Part shown: piece after piece, positions 1 through 8,949 of the stretch
How the letters are laid out: each line of letters opens with the position of its first letter
Position numbering within the stretch: the stretch's first letter is position 1
Assembly: GCF_001644705.1 (NCBI RefSeq)
Contig: NZ_CP015137.1
Span: 2,310,001 to 2,342,000 of the forward strand
Origin: Dickeya solani IPO 2222
GTDB taxonomy: Bacteria; Pseudomonadota; Gammaproteobacteria; Enterobacterales; Enterobacteriaceae
Reading direction: 5' to 3'
DNA: 32,000 nt
Position numbers and translations under genes: made by a program
The notes under the pieces: model-generated
What the model saw: only the letters and a program-made list of their open reading frames with translations
The model's database searches: none
Told to the model about the DNA's origin: nothing

Positions 1-79
1 GGTCAGGATGGTGAATTGATTGATCGTAAAATCAGAATAAGAGCGAGGCAGTGTTAAGCTGGTTCCGCTTTGTCTCCGG

Positions 80-418
80 TTATTTATTTTCTAACGATGC
101 AAGCAATTCGGTTTGCTGTTCCTTGGGCAAGTCGGCAAACAGCAGGATCATTTTTGCCAGATTGTCATCGTCAGCGTAGAAATAAGCCAGAGGGACATTG
201 AGCGCTTCTGCGAGACGCTTCGCCGTCACGATATTCGCTTCATGCACACCCTTTTCATAGCGATTAATGCGTGCGCTGGCAACAAACTCATCAATCCCGG
301 CTGCGATACCCAGCCCTTTCTGGGACAGCCCACGCAGTAAGCGAGCATCCTTGAGGCGTTGACTGAAAATATCATGGCGTTGCTGACGGGTGTTCATAGC
401 TACGATATTCGTAGTCAT
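80..418 (-). CDS. XRE-family helix-turn-helix transcriptional regulator (112 aa)
   Basis: Intact ORF with ATG at 416-418. The segment LSQKGLGIAAGIDEFVASARINRYEKG fits the Cro/C1 HTH pattern. No ligand domain is recognisable. Paired palindromes lie over and upstream of its start. Confidence 0.75.
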   Translation of the reverse strand: MTTNIVAMNTRQQRHDIFSQRLKDARLLRGLSQKGLGIAAGIDEFVASARINRYEKGVHEANIVTAKRLAEALNVPLAYFYADDDNLAKMILLFADLPKEQQTELLASLENK

Positions 419-448
419 GGTGGGGTTTAGATACTACGATTATCGTAG
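400..448. promoter_or_regulatory. Two copies of the palindrome CTACGA-N3-TCGTAG (400-414 and 434-448; the second extends to a 17-bp perfect palindrome at 433-449). Candidate autoregulatory operators of the XRE gene.
   Basis: Read directly: ctacgaTATtcgtag and ctacgaTTAtcgtag, centres 34 bp apart. The first abuts the start codon and the second lies in the putative promoter. Confidence 0.4.
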
Positions 449-507
449 TTATAGTCGATGCTTCTGTTTAGTGCCGATGCGATCAGGCGGAAAACGGAGT
501 ATAATAA

Positions 508-537
508 GCAACAAAAACGCCCTGAAAACAGGGCGTT
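508..537 (-). terminator. Rho-independent terminator downstream of yicC
   Basis: 9-bp stem aacgccctg/cagggcgtt (516-524 / 529-537) with loop aaaa. An A-run on the plus strand at 513-517 gives a U-tract on the minus strand. It lies 28 bp after the yicC stop. Confidence 0.6.
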
Positions 538-564
538 GTAATAGTCAGTGGAACGGTGCGGAAA

Positions 565-1428
565 TTATTCGATATTTTGAATCTGCTCGCGCATCTGCTC
601 AATCAGCACTTTCAGTTCGATGGCGGAGGTGGTGACGTCGGTGTTGATGGATTTGGAACCCAGCGTGTTCGATTCACGGTTGAATTCCTGCATCATGAAG
701 TCCAGACGGCGACCGACGGCTTCCTGCTTGTTGAGGATTTTGTAGGTTTCCCGCACGTGGGCTTCCAGCCGGTCGAGCTCTTCGGCTACGTCGATGCGTT
801 GCGCCAGCAGTACCAGTTCCTGCTCCAGCCGGTTGCCGTCGAGCTGCACCTGCGCCTCGTCCAGCTTGCTTTGCAGTTTTTCACGCTGCCATTGCAGAAT
901 ATTCGGCATATGGGCGCGAACCTTGGCGACTTCGGCGCTGACGCCCACCAGCCGCTGTTCAATCAGCGCTTTGAGCGCGTTGCCTTCGCTTTCGCGGGCG
1001 ATAATAAAGTCGTCCAGCGCGGCTTCCAGCGCCTGCATCAATTCGGCGCTGATGGCGTCCAGATCCTGCTCCTGCGCCGACATCACCCCCGGCCAGCGCA
1101 GAATGTCGAGTGGGTTGACCTCGCCTTCGTCGCTTTGCATTTTCACCCAGTTCGCCGCGGTTACCAGCTGTTTGGCCAGTTGCTCGTTGAGGATGAGTTG
1201 CCCCTGCGCGCGCGGGTCCAGCTCAAAACGCAGGCCGCACTCGATTTTGCCGCGGGTCAGGCGGTTACGGATGCGTTCGCGGATTACCGGCTCTAAGCTG
1301 CGGAACTGCTCGGGTAAACGGATATAGGTTTCCAGATAACGCTGGTTTACGGAGCGGAGCTCCCAAGCGGCGCTACCCCAGTCACCCTTGATTTCTCGCC
1401 GGGCGTAAGCGGTCATGCTACGAATCAT
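565..1428 (-). CDS. yicC: YicC-family stress-induced protein (287 aa)
   Basis: The ORF track gives 565-1512. The internal ATG at 1428 (MIRSMTAYARREIKGDWGSAAWELRSVNQRYLE...) gives the canonical 287-aa YicC length and N-terminus. C-terminal LIEQMREQIQNIE is typical of the family. Confidence 0.9.
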   Translation of the reverse strand: MIRSMTAYARREIKGDWGSAAWELRSVNQRYLETYIRLPEQFRSLEPVIRERIRNRLTRGKIECGLRFELDPRAQGQLILNEQLAKQLVTAANWVKMQSDEGEVNPLDILRWPGVMSAQEQDLDAISAELMQALEAALDDFIIARESEGNALKALIEQRLVGVSAEVAKVRAHMPNILQWQREKLQSKLDEAQVQLDGNRLEQELVLLAQRIDVAEELDRLEAHVRETYKILNKQEAVGRRLDFMMQEFNRESNTLGSKSINTDVTTSAIELKVLIEQMREQIQNIE

Positions 1429-1515
1429 CGGTGCATACCTGTTAAGAAGTGATGGGGTAATTATAACGGGCGGTTTGCCAAAAGCGACAGCGGTAACGGA
1501 CTGACAAATCACAGC

Positions 1516-1543
1516 TTCCGGCCGAACTGCGCGGTGGCCGGAA
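1516..1543 (-). terminator. Hairpin downstream of the LysR gene (weak terminator candidate)
   Basis: 8-bp stem ttccggcc/ggccggaa with a 12-nt loop, 15 bp after the stop at 1558. The trailing U-tract is poor. Confidence 0.3.
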
Positions 1544-1557
1544 ACCGGTGGAAGCGT

Positions 1558-2466
1558 TTACGCCGCTTCCAGCAGCGGCAGGCACTGACTGGCGAGTTCG
1601 CGGCACTTGCTTTTCAGCACCTGTTTGAGTTGCAGGATCTCGTGGGATTGCGGGATGTCGCGGCGGCTGATCAGCATCACCTCAAACGGCAACGGCTGGC
1701 TGATGGGCACGATTTTGAGCTGATCGGCATAGCGGCGGGCGGTAAACAGGTCGACGATGCCGGTGCCGCCACCTGCCAGCACCATATCGGCGATCACCGA
1801 GTAGGTCTTGATGTACAGCGAGGCCGCCGGTTTGAGGCGACGGTCGCGCAGGGCGCGGTGGACGACCTGGCCCAGTGGGTCCTGCTGCTGCATCATCAGC
1901 AGGTTGTTATGGCACAGCCATTCCAGCGACACCGGCCCCTGTTGCGGGCTGTCTTTCGGCAGAATCGCCACCATACGTGACTGGCACAACGGCTCGGCCA
2001 GCAAATCCGGCGGCACCTGTTGGCCGAACACCAGCGCCAGGTCGAGCTGATGCTGCTGAATGTTCTGGCACAGGGTGTTGAAGTGCTCGGTGACCAGTTC
2101 CATGTTCACCAGCGGTGCCTGTTGCTGAAACTCCACCATCGCCGGGGCGACAATCATCTGACCAAACGCGTGGGCGGCGCCGAGCCGTACCGTTTCACGC
2201 TGGCCTTTGCGGATCTGTTCGGTCAGGCGGGAAATACTCTGCAATTGGCTGTAGAGCTGTTCAATCTCCGGCATCAGTTGCTGTCCTTCCACCGTTGGCA
2301 CCAATCCTTGTGAACGGCGTTCGAACAGCGCGAAGCCCAGTTGCTGTTCGGCGTGATTCAGCACCCGGCTGACGTTGGGCTGGGAAACGTTGAGTAACCG
2401 CGCCGCGCCGCTGATGGTGCCGGCCTGAACAATCGCCTGAAAGACTTCGATGTGGCGTAAACGCAT
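1558..2466 (-). CDS. LysR-type transcriptional regulator (302 aa)
   Basis: N-terminal LTTR HTH from the ATG at 2466: MRLRHIEVFQAIVQAGTISGAARLLNVSQPNVSRVLNHAEQQLGFALFERR. A LysR substrate-binding-like C-terminal part follows. The longer track ORF (to 2544) adds a non-homologous leader. Confidence 0.85.
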   Translation of the reverse strand: MRLRHIEVFQAIVQAGTISGAARLLNVSQPNVSRVLNHAEQQLGFALFERRSQGLVPTVEGQQLMPEIEQLYSQLQSISRLTEQIRKGQRETVRLGAAHAFGQMIVAPAMVEFQQQAPLVNMELVTEHFNTLCQNIQQHQLDLALVFGQQVPPDLLAEPLCQSRMVAILPKDSPQQGPVSLEWLCHNNLLMMQQQDPLGQVVHRALRDRRLKPAASLYIKTYSVIADMVLAGGGTGIVDLFTARRYADQLKIVPISQPLPFEVMLISRRDIPQSHEILQLKQVLKSKCRELASQCLPLLEAA

Positions 2467-2556
2467 AACCTGAGTCCTGTTGTGTGATGTGTGCCCGACC
2501 GGCCCGACGGAGCACGATCCAACGCATAAACAAGCAAGATCCACGCCATGTTATTG

Positions 2557-2578
2557 AAAAACGCCGCCGAATGGCGGC
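2557..2578 (-). terminator. Rho-independent terminator downstream of the M19 dipeptidase gene
   Basis: Stem gccgcc/ggcggc (2563-2568 / 2573-2578) with loop gaat. The plus-strand A-run 2557-2561 gives a U-tract on the minus strand. It lies 17 bp after the stop at 2595. Confidence 0.6.
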
Positions 2579-2594
2579 AGGCCGCGTCCGCTGG

Positions 2595-3677
2595 CTATTC
2601 GCCCCAGGTGGCTTCCAATACCCGCAGCCAGTTGCCGTAACAGATTTTCTCCAACAGAGTGCGAGAGTAGCCGCGATCGGCCAGCGCCTGCACCAAAATG
2701 GGGAAACCCGCCACGTCTTTCAGGTCGCCAGGGATAGTGGTGCCGTCCAGATCGGAACCGAAGCCGACGCCGTTTTCGCCCAGTTTTTCCAGCAGATACT
2801 CCACATGACGCACGATCTCCTGCACCGTGGCGGACGGGTCTTTCTGGCCGTCGGCGCGCAGGAAGGCGGTGCCGAAATTGACGCCGACAAAGCCGTCGCG
2901 CTCGCCGATCGCCGCCAGCTGGCGGTCGGTGAGGTTGCGCGACTGGGCGCACAGTGCGTGGGCGTTGGAGTGGCTGGCCACCAGCGGCGCGTCGGAAACC
3001 GCTGCTGTCTGCCAGAAGCCTTTTTCATCCATGTGGGAGAGATCCACCAGAATGCGTTTGGCGTTGCAAGCGCGCACCAGCCGCAGCCCGGCCTCGGTCA
3101 GGCCATCGCCGGTGTTGGGCGAGGAGGGGAAGCGAAACGGTACCCCGTGGCCGAAGATATTCGGCCGGCTCCACAGCGGCCCCAGGCTGCGCAACCCGGC
3201 GGCGTAGAGAATATCCAGCAGGTCCAGGGAGGCATCCAGCATCTCGGCGCCTTCAATGTGCATCACCGCCGCCACCACGCCGTCTGCCATGCAGCGACGG
3301 ATATCCGCCGCGCTGCGGCATACCCGCAGTTGCCCGGCGGACTCCGCTTCAAGGCGCAGCAGGGTAGAGAGCATCCAGAAGCTGATGTCGCGTGCCTGCG
3401 CCACTGACGGGGTGGTTAATAAAACGTTGCCATCTGGTATGGATGTTGCATCGCTTCGGGGCGATGGAACGTAGGTGGCGAACAGGCCGCCGGCGAATCC
3501 GCCCTGCCGGATCCGGGGCAGGTCAATGTGACCCTGCGCCGGCCCGTTCAGAAAAGCATCGGTTGGATTATCGCGATGAAGTCGCCACAGGCGTGACAGC
3601 ACGTCGTTGTGGCCATCAAAGACAGGGACAGAAACATGATGTGCAAGCGGCTTGTCTGACACGGGCGAATTTGACAT
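2595..3677 (-). CDS. Membrane (renal-type) dipeptidase, peptidase family M19 (360 aa)
   Basis: Family hallmarks seen in translation: VFDGHNDVLSRL near the N-terminus, VDLSHMDEKGFW, ASHSNAHALC, RNLTDRQL and GSDLDG. Confidence 0.85.
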   Translation of the reverse strand: MSNSPVSDKPLAHHVSVPVFDGHNDVLSRLWRLHRDNPTDAFLNGPAQGHIDLPRIRQGGFAGGLFATYVPSPRSDATSIPDGNVLLTTPSVAQARDISFWMLSTLLRLEAESAGQLRVCRSAADIRRCMADGVVAAVMHIEGAEMLDASLDLLDILYAAGLRSLGPLWSRPNIFGHGVPFRFPSSPNTGDGLTEAGLRLVRACNAKRILVDLSHMDEKGFWQTAAVSDAPLVASHSNAHALCAQSRNLTDRQLAAIGERDGFVGVNFGTAFLRADGQKDPSATVQEIVRHVEYLLEKLGENGVGFGSDLDGTTIPGDLKDVAGFPILVQALADRGYSRTLLEKICYGNWLRVLEATWGE

Positions 3678-3728
3678 GGACGAAGTACCGATCTGGATTG
3701 AAAGAAAATGACTTTCTGAAATGGAAAC

Positions 3729-3755
3729 TGATTTGCACCCTATTGGTGCAGATCA
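3729..3755. promoter_or_regulatory. Interrupted dyad TGATTTGCACC-N5-GGTGCAGATCA in the divergent dipeptidase / ABC-operon promoter region
   Basis: 11-bp arms with one mismatch, read directly. It sits in the 199-bp divergent intergenic region 3678-3876. Candidate operator, possibly for the nearby LysR protein. Confidence 0.4.
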
Positions 3756-3876
3756 TTCAGGCGGAGAAATTTTGTTCACCGCGCCACCATTTAAGCCAGT
3801 GCCTGTGATGTCTGTCAAGCCGCAGACAGAAAAAATATATTTTATTCTATTTTAAAATCAGACACTTGGGGGATTA

Positions 3877-5472
3877 ATGGTCACCAGAAGACGTTTTCTT
3901 GCCGGTTGCGCTACCGTGCCTTTGCTGTCCTGGCTTAACCTGAACACCGCGTTCGCCGATACGCCGCCATCCATGCTGGTGATGGCGATGCAGCTTGATA
4001 ATATGACCAGTCTCGACCCGCAGGAAGGGTTCGAGGCGGTGGGTACCGAAATCATCGGTAACCTGTACCAGCGCCTGGTGATGCCGAACCCGGCCAACCC
4101 GCAAGAGGTGATTGGCGATCTGGCCGTCAGTTGGGAAGTGGGCAACGACAGCAAAACCTTCACTTTCCACCTCAACCCGAAAGCCAAATTCGCCGATGGT
4201 TCACCGGTTACCGCCGACGACGCCGCTTTCTCGCTGCAGCGCGCGGTGAAGCTGGATAAAAGCCCGGCGTTCATCATCAACCAGTTCGGTTTTACCAAAG
4301 ACAACGTGGAACAGCACATCACCGCGCCGGATGAAAAAACGCTGGTGATCAATCTCGACAAGCCGGCGGCGGAAACTTTCCTGCTGTATTGCCTGTCGGC
4401 GCCGGTAGGCAGCATCGTGCAGAAAAAGGCGGCGCTGGCTAATCAGCAAAACAACGATCTGGGCAACCAGTGGCTGAAGCAGAACAGCGCCGGTTCCGGT
4501 CCGTTCTCGCTGGTGAGCTGGAAAGCCAGCGAAAGCATCATCCTGCAGAAAAACGATCACTTCCCGGCGGATAACGCCTTTAAGCGTGTATTGATCAAGC
4601 ACATTGTCGACCCGTCTGCCCAGTTGCTGATGCTGCAAAAAGGGGACGTGGATATCGCCCGCAACCTGACCACCGAGCAGATCCGCCCGCTGGTGAACGA
4701 CAGCAACTACCATCTGGTGCGTCAGAGCATCGCCAGCGTGATGCTGCTGTCCTGCAATACCGGCAACGAATTCCTGAAAAAACCGCAGGTGTGGCAGGCT
4801 ATCAAGTGGGCGCTGGACTACGACAGCATCCAGAAAAACATTCTGCCGCTGACGCACAAGGTGCATCAGAGCTTCCTGCCGGGCGGTTTCCCGGCGGCGC
4901 TGGACGACACCCCGTTCCATCTGGATGTCGCCAAAGCCAAAGCATTGCTGAAAGACGCCGGTTATCCGGACGGCTTCGACATTACGCTGGATCACTACTC
5001 CGCCCAGCCGTACCCGGATATCGCGCAGGCGGTCCAGACCCAGCTCGGCGCCATCGGCATCAGGGTGAAGCTGATCGCGGCGGAAAACCGTCAGGTGCTG
5101 ACCAAAATGCGTGCCCGCCAGCAGCAACTGGCGCTGACGGCGTGGGGCGCGGACTACTTCGACCCGAACTCCAATGCCGAAGCCTTCTGCATCAACACCG
5201 ACAACAGCGACGGCGCCCGCAACCGCACGCTGGCCTGGCGTTGCAACTGGTCGGATGAAAAATTCAATCAGTTGACCGAACAGGCACTGCACGAGCAGGA
5301 CCCGGCTAAACGCATCGCGTTGTACGAAACTCTGCAACGCAACCACCGCGAGCAAAGCCCGTTCACGCTGATGATGCAGGACGAGAAAACGCTGGCCTGT
5401 CGTAAGAACCTCAGCGGCGTCACCATGACGGTATTGAGCAAAGTGCCTTATCAGCAGGTGAAGAAAGCCTGA
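3877..5472 (+). CDS. ABC transporter periplasmic substrate-binding protein, family 5 (peptide/nickel type), 531 aa
   Basis: SBP_bac_5-like length and sequence. The N-terminus MVTRRRFLAGCATVPLLSWLNLNTAFA looks like a twin-arginine signal peptide. SD GGGGGA lies upstream of the ATG. Confidence 0.9.
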   Translation: MVTRRRFLAGCATVPLLSWLNLNTAFADTPPSMLVMAMQLDNMTSLDPQEGFEAVGTEIIGNLYQRLVMPNPANPQEVIGDLAVSWEVGNDSKTFTFHLNPKAKFADGSPVTADDAAFSLQRAVKLDKSPAFIINQFGFTKDNVEQHITAPDEKTLVINLDKPAAETFLLYCLSAPVGSIVQKKAALANQQNNDLGNQWLKQNSAGSGPFSLVSWKASESIILQKNDHFPADNAFKRVLIKHIVDPSAQLLMLQKGDVDIARNLTTEQIRPLVNDSNYHLVRQSIASVMLLSCNTGNEFLKKPQVWQAIKWALDYDSIQKNILPLTHKVHQSFLPGGFPAALDDTPFHLDVAKAKALLKDAGYPDGFDITLDHYSAQPYPDIAQAVQTQLGAIGIRVKLIAAENRQVLTKMRARQQQLALTAWGADYFDPNSNAEAFCINTDNSDGARNRTLAWRCNWSDEKFNQLTEQALHEQDPAKRIALYETLQRNHREQSPFTLMMQDEKTLACRKNLSGVTMTVLSKVPYQQVKKA

Positions 5473-6482
5473 TGCAGATACTGATCCGTTTTTGCAGTAC
5501 GCTCGGCAGCCTGTTGTTGACCCTGTTGGGGTTATCGGTACTGACTTTCTTCATCGGCCGTATCATGCCGACCGACCCGGTGCTCGCCGCCGTCGGAGAC
5601 AACGCGCCCCAGGCGGTAGTGGAGCGGGTCCGTCAGGAAATGGGGCTGGACCAGCCCCTGTGGATGCAGTACGGCCACTACCTGAATCAACTGCTGCACG
5701 GCGATTTGGGGCGCTCGGTGCTGACCTCCAATCCGGTGACCACCGACATCGCCCGCTACTTCCCCGCCACGCTGGAACTGGCGACCGCCGCGATCGTCGT
5801 CGCGGCGTTGGTCGGTATTCCGCTCGGGGTATGGGCGGCGGTGCGGCAGGGGCGCTGGGTGGATCAGGTGATTCGCGTCACCTGTCTGGCCGGCCATTCG
5901 CTGCCGGTGTTTGTGCTGGCGCTGCTCAGCCTGCTGATTTTCTACGCGGTGCTGGGCATCGCGCCGGGGCCGGGGCGACAGGACATCATCTTTCAGGACA
6001 TGGTGCCGCATGTCACCGGGTTGCTGACGGTGGACTCACTGCTGGCCGGCGACTATGACGCACTGCGCGACGCGCTGGCGCACATGGTGCAGCCGGTGCT
6101 GATTCTGGCGTATTTCAGCATGGCCTACATCACCCGTATGACCCGCACTTTCATGCTCAACGCGCTCAGCGGCGAGTTCGTGATCACCGCCCGCGCCAAG
6201 GGGTTATCATTGCGCCGGGTGGTCTGGCGGCACGCGTTTCCCACGGTGGCGGTGCAACTGGTGACCGTGCTAGCGCTGACCTACGCCGGGCTGCTGGAAG
6301 GGGCGGTAGTCACGGAAAACGTCTTCTCCTGGCCGGGGCTGGGTCAGTACCTCACCACCGCCCTGCTCAATGCGGATATGAACCCGGTGGTGGGCGCCAC
6401 GTTGCTGGTGGGCGCGGTCTATGTGCTGCTGAACCTGCTGGCTGATATTTTCTATCGACTTTTGGATCCCCGCGTAACATGA
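5472..6482 (+). CDS. ABC peptide transporter permease (DppB/OppB-like), 336 aa
   Basis: Multi-pass hydrophobic protein with a BPD_transp_1-type EAA loop region (YITRMTRTFMLNALSGEFVITARAKGL). Its start overlaps the upstream stop (TGATG). Confidence 0.9.
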   Translation: MQILIRFCSTLGSLLLTLLGLSVLTFFIGRIMPTDPVLAAVGDNAPQAVVERVRQEMGLDQPLWMQYGHYLNQLLHGDLGRSVLTSNPVTTDIARYFPATLELATAAIVVAALVGIPLGVWAAVRQGRWVDQVIRVTCLAGHSLPVFVLALLSLLIFYAVLGIAPGPGRQDIIFQDMVPHVTGLLTVDSLLAGDYDALRDALAHMVQPVLILAYFSMAYITRMTRTFMLNALSGEFVITARAKGLSLRRVVWRHAFPTVAVQLVTVLALTYAGLLEGAVVTENVFSWPGLGQYLTTALLNADMNPVVGATLLVGAVYVLLNLLADIFYRLLDPRVT

Positions 6483-7381
6483 GTTTTTATGTCTCACGAG
6501 CCTGGTTGCTCGACGAAACGCCCACCACGCGCCGTCAGGCGGTGTGGGGGCAGCGCTACCGCCTGTGGTTGGGGTTTCGCACTAATCCGCTGGCGATGCT
6601 GGGGCTGTTTATCATCGTGGCCGTGTTGCTGTTGTCGCTGGCCGCGCCCTGGCTGACGCCGTACGACCCCGGTTTTCAGGAGCTGTCCAACCGGCTGGCG
6701 GCGCCGTCCGCCGGACACTGGCTGGGCACGGATGAACTGGGGCGCGATGTGTTCAGCCGTATTTTATTCGGCGGCCGCACCACGCTGGGCATGGTGATTA
6801 CGGTGGTGGCGCTGACCGCGCCTATCGGCCTGCTGGTCGGCTGTATCGCCGGTTACGCCGGCGGTATTCTCGACAAAATCCTGATGCGGCTGACCGATAT
6901 CTTTCTGGCGTTTCCGCGGCTGGTGCTGGCACTGGCGTTTGTAGCGGCGCTGAAACCGGGGGTGGAGAGCGCTATTCTGGCGATTGCGCTTACCGCCTGG
7001 CCGCCGTATGCGCGGCTGGCGCGGGCGGAGACGCTACAGTTTCGCCATACCGATTTCATCGCCGCCTGCCGCCTGACCGGCGCCGCGCCGCTGCGTATCA
7101 TTCTGCGTCACATCATGCCGCTGTGCGTGCCGAGCCTGATTGTGCGGGTGACGCTGGACATGAGCTCCATCATCATTACCGCCGCCAGCCTTGGTTTTCT
7201 GGGCATGGGCGCGCAGCCGCCGTCGCCGGAATGGGGCACCATGATCGCCACCGCGCGTCGTTTCCTGTTCAACGCCTGGTGGGTGCCGTTGGTGCCCTGT
7301 ATCGCCATTTTCCTCACCTCGCTGGCCTTCAACTTTCTTGGTGACGGCCTGCGCGATCTGCTGGACCCGAAGGAGCGTTAA
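6479..7381 (+). CDS. ABC peptide transporter permease (DppC/OppC-like), 300 aa
   Basis: The N-terminal OppC_N-like segment has GHWLGTDELGRDVFSRILFGGR, followed by a permease core. ATGA overlap with the upstream gene. Confidence 0.9.
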   Translation: MSFYVSRAWLLDETPTTRRQAVWGQRYRLWLGFRTNPLAMLGLFIIVAVLLLSLAAPWLTPYDPGFQELSNRLAAPSAGHWLGTDELGRDVFSRILFGGRTTLGMVITVVALTAPIGLLVGCIAGYAGGILDKILMRLTDIFLAFPRLVLALAFVAALKPGVESAILAIALTAWPPYARLARAETLQFRHTDFIAACRLTGAAPLRIILRHIMPLCVPSLIVRVTLDMSSIIITAASLGFLGMGAQPPSPEWGTMIATARRFLFNAWWVPLVPCIAIFLTSLAFNFLGDGLRDLLDPKER

Positions 7382-8209
7382 ATGTTGGTGGAAATTGAAA
7401 ACCTCCGTATCGCGTTCGCCAGCCGGACGGAAACGTTTGAGGCGGTGCGCGGCGTCAGCTTCAGCGTCGGTAAGGAAAAATTCGCCATCGTCGGCGAAAG
7501 CGGTTCCGGCAAGTCCCTGACCGCCCGCTGCCTGATGCAGCTGCTGCCGGGCAGCGCCCGCGTTCAGGCCGATAAACTGAGTTTTGACGGCATCGACCTG
7601 CGCGGCGCCAGTGAAAAGACGCTGCGGCAAATTCGCGGCAAACGGGTCGGCTTTATCCTGCAGGACCCGAAATATTCGCTGAACCCGGTGATGACCATCG
7701 GCCAGCAGGTGGCGGAAGCCTGGCGCGAGCACAAAGGCGGCAGCCGCCGTGCGGCGATGGACGCCGCCATCGATCTGCTGAATCAGGTACGCATTCGCGA
7801 CCCGCAGCGGGTCGCGAAATGTTATCCGCATGAAGTGTCGGGCGGCATGGGGCAACGGGTGATGATCGCCATGATGCTGGCGCCCGACCCGGAACTGCTG
7901 ATTGCCGATGAACCGACCTCGGCGCTGGACGCCACCGTGCAGGCGGAGATCCTGTGCCTGATCGACGATCTGGTGTCGCAGCGCGGCATGGGGTTGATCC
8001 TGATCAGTCACGATCTGCCGCTGGTGTCGCATTTCTGCGATCGGGTAGCGGTGATGTACGCCGGGCGGATCGTCGAAATGCTGCAGGCCAGCGAACTGCT
8101 ACAGGCGCAGCATCCGTATACGCAAGGGCTGCTGGCCTGCCTGCCGTCGCTGAAACACCCGCGCGATCGGCTGCCGGTGTTGCAGCGCGACCCATCCTGG
8201 AGAACCTGA
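7382..8209 (+). CDS. ABC peptide transporter ATP-binding protein (DppD/OppD-like), 275 aa
   Basis: Walker A GESGSGKS, signature VSGGMGQRV and Walker [13 protein letters not shown]. It starts immediately after the upstream TAA. Confidence 0.9.
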   Translation: MLVEIENLRIAFASRTETFEAVRGVSFSVGKEKFAIVGESGSGKSLTARCLMQLLPGSARVQADKLSFDGIDLRGASEKTLRQIRGKRVGFILQDPKYSLNPVMTIGQQVAEAWREHKGGSRRAAMDAAIDLLNQVRIRDPQRVAKCYPHEVSGGMGQRVMIAMMLAPDPELLIADEPTSALDATVQAEILCLIDDLVSQRGMGLILISHDLPLVSHFCDRVAVMYAGRIVEMLQASELLQAQHPYTQGLLACLPSLKHPRDRLPVLQRDPSWRT

Positions 8210-8949
8210 TGATTAACGTTGAAAACCTGCGCATCGCCTTTGGCGGCGTCGAGGTGGTGAAAGGGGTGTCCTTCGCGCTGGAGAGCGGCGACAGCTTCGG
8301 CATGGTGGGCGAAAGCGGCTCCGGCAAGTCCACCATTTTGCGCGCGCTGGCCGGGTTGAACACCCAGTGGCGGGGCCGCATCGAATTTGGCGGCATGGCA
8401 CAGTTGGCGCGGCGGGATCGCAGCTTTTTCCGACAGGTGCAGATGGTGTTTCAGGACCCGTACGGATCGCTGCATCCGCGCCAGACCATCGATCGTATTT
8501 TGCATGAACCGCTGCTGGTGCACCGGTTTGATCGTGCCGAGCAGCGCATAACCCAGGCGCTGGAGGAAGTGGGCTTGCCCGCGGCGGCGCGCTTTCGCTT
8601 TCCCCATCAGCTCTCCGGCGGCCAGCGCCAGCGGGTGGCGATTGCCCGCGCGCTGATCGCCGAGCCGGAAGTGCTGCTGCTGGATGAACCGACCTCGGCT
8701 CTGGATGTGTCGGTGCAGGCGGAAATCCTCAACCTGCTGACAGACCTGCGTCAGGAGCGTAGGCTCACCTATATCATGGTCAGCCATAATCTGGCGGTGG
8801 TGTCCCATCTGTGCCAGCGCGTCGGCGTGATGCAGCATGGCGAAATGGTGGAACAGCTCAGCGTGGAACATTTGCGTGCGCGCAATCTGCATCATCCACA
8901 CACCGCGGAACTGTACGATTTAAGCATGACGCTGGAGGAACCGGCATGA
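8209..8949 (+). CDS. ABC peptide transporter ATP-binding protein (DppF/OppF-like), 246 aa
   Basis: Walker A GESGSGKS, signature LSGGQRQRV and Walker [12 protein letters not shown]. The true start is [13 protein letters not shown] at the TGATG overlap (8209). The track ORF from 7954 is an out-of-context extension. Confidence 0.9.
   Translation: MINVENLRIAFGGVEVVKGVSFALESGDSFGMVGESGSGKSTILRALAGLNTQWRGRIEFGGMAQLARRDRSFFRQVQMVFQDPYGSLHPRQTIDRILHEPLLVHRFDRAEQRITQALEEVGLPAAARFRFPHQLSGGQRQRVAIARALIAEPEVLLLDEPTSALDVSVQAEILNLLTDLRQERRLTYIMVSHNLAVVSHLCQRVGVMQHGEMVEQLSVEHLRARNLHHPHTAELYDLSMTLEEPA

Noticed and set aside
1-418. XRE regulator as the antitoxin of a toxin-antitoxin pair
   Set aside because: No partner ORF lies in the 79 bp available downstream or in the upstream spacer. 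This cannot be assessed without sequence beyond the window edge.
556-1327. Plus-strand ORFs of 246 aa and 177 aa opposite yicC
   Set aside because: These are antisense shadow ORFs typical of high-G+C coding DNA. The translations are low-complexity and Arg/Ala/Gly/His-rich, with no recognisable motifs. The yicC frame on the other strand is clearly homologous.
1429-1512. N-terminal extensions suggested by the ORF track. These affect yicC to 1512, LysR to 2544, DmpA to 15369, the second ATPase from 7954, the D-aminopeptidase from 8811, yidH to 23926, slmA to 26063, dut to 26606 and yicR from 28006.
   Set aside because: In each case an internal ATG gives the family-typical N-terminus and length. 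It has a better SD or a stop/start overlap with the upstream gene. The extensions overlap neighbouring genes or promoters.
4201-5355. 384-aa minus-strand ORF opposite the locus A binding-protein gene
   Set aside because: This is a shadow ORF with a repetitive R/Q/V/A-rich translation and no motifs. The plus-strand frame has clear SBP family 5 character.
7034-8901. Minus-strand ORFs of 332 aa and 297 aa opposite the two locus A ATPase genes
   Set aside because: These are shadow ORFs. The plus-strand frames carry the Walker A, Walker B and ABC signature motifs.
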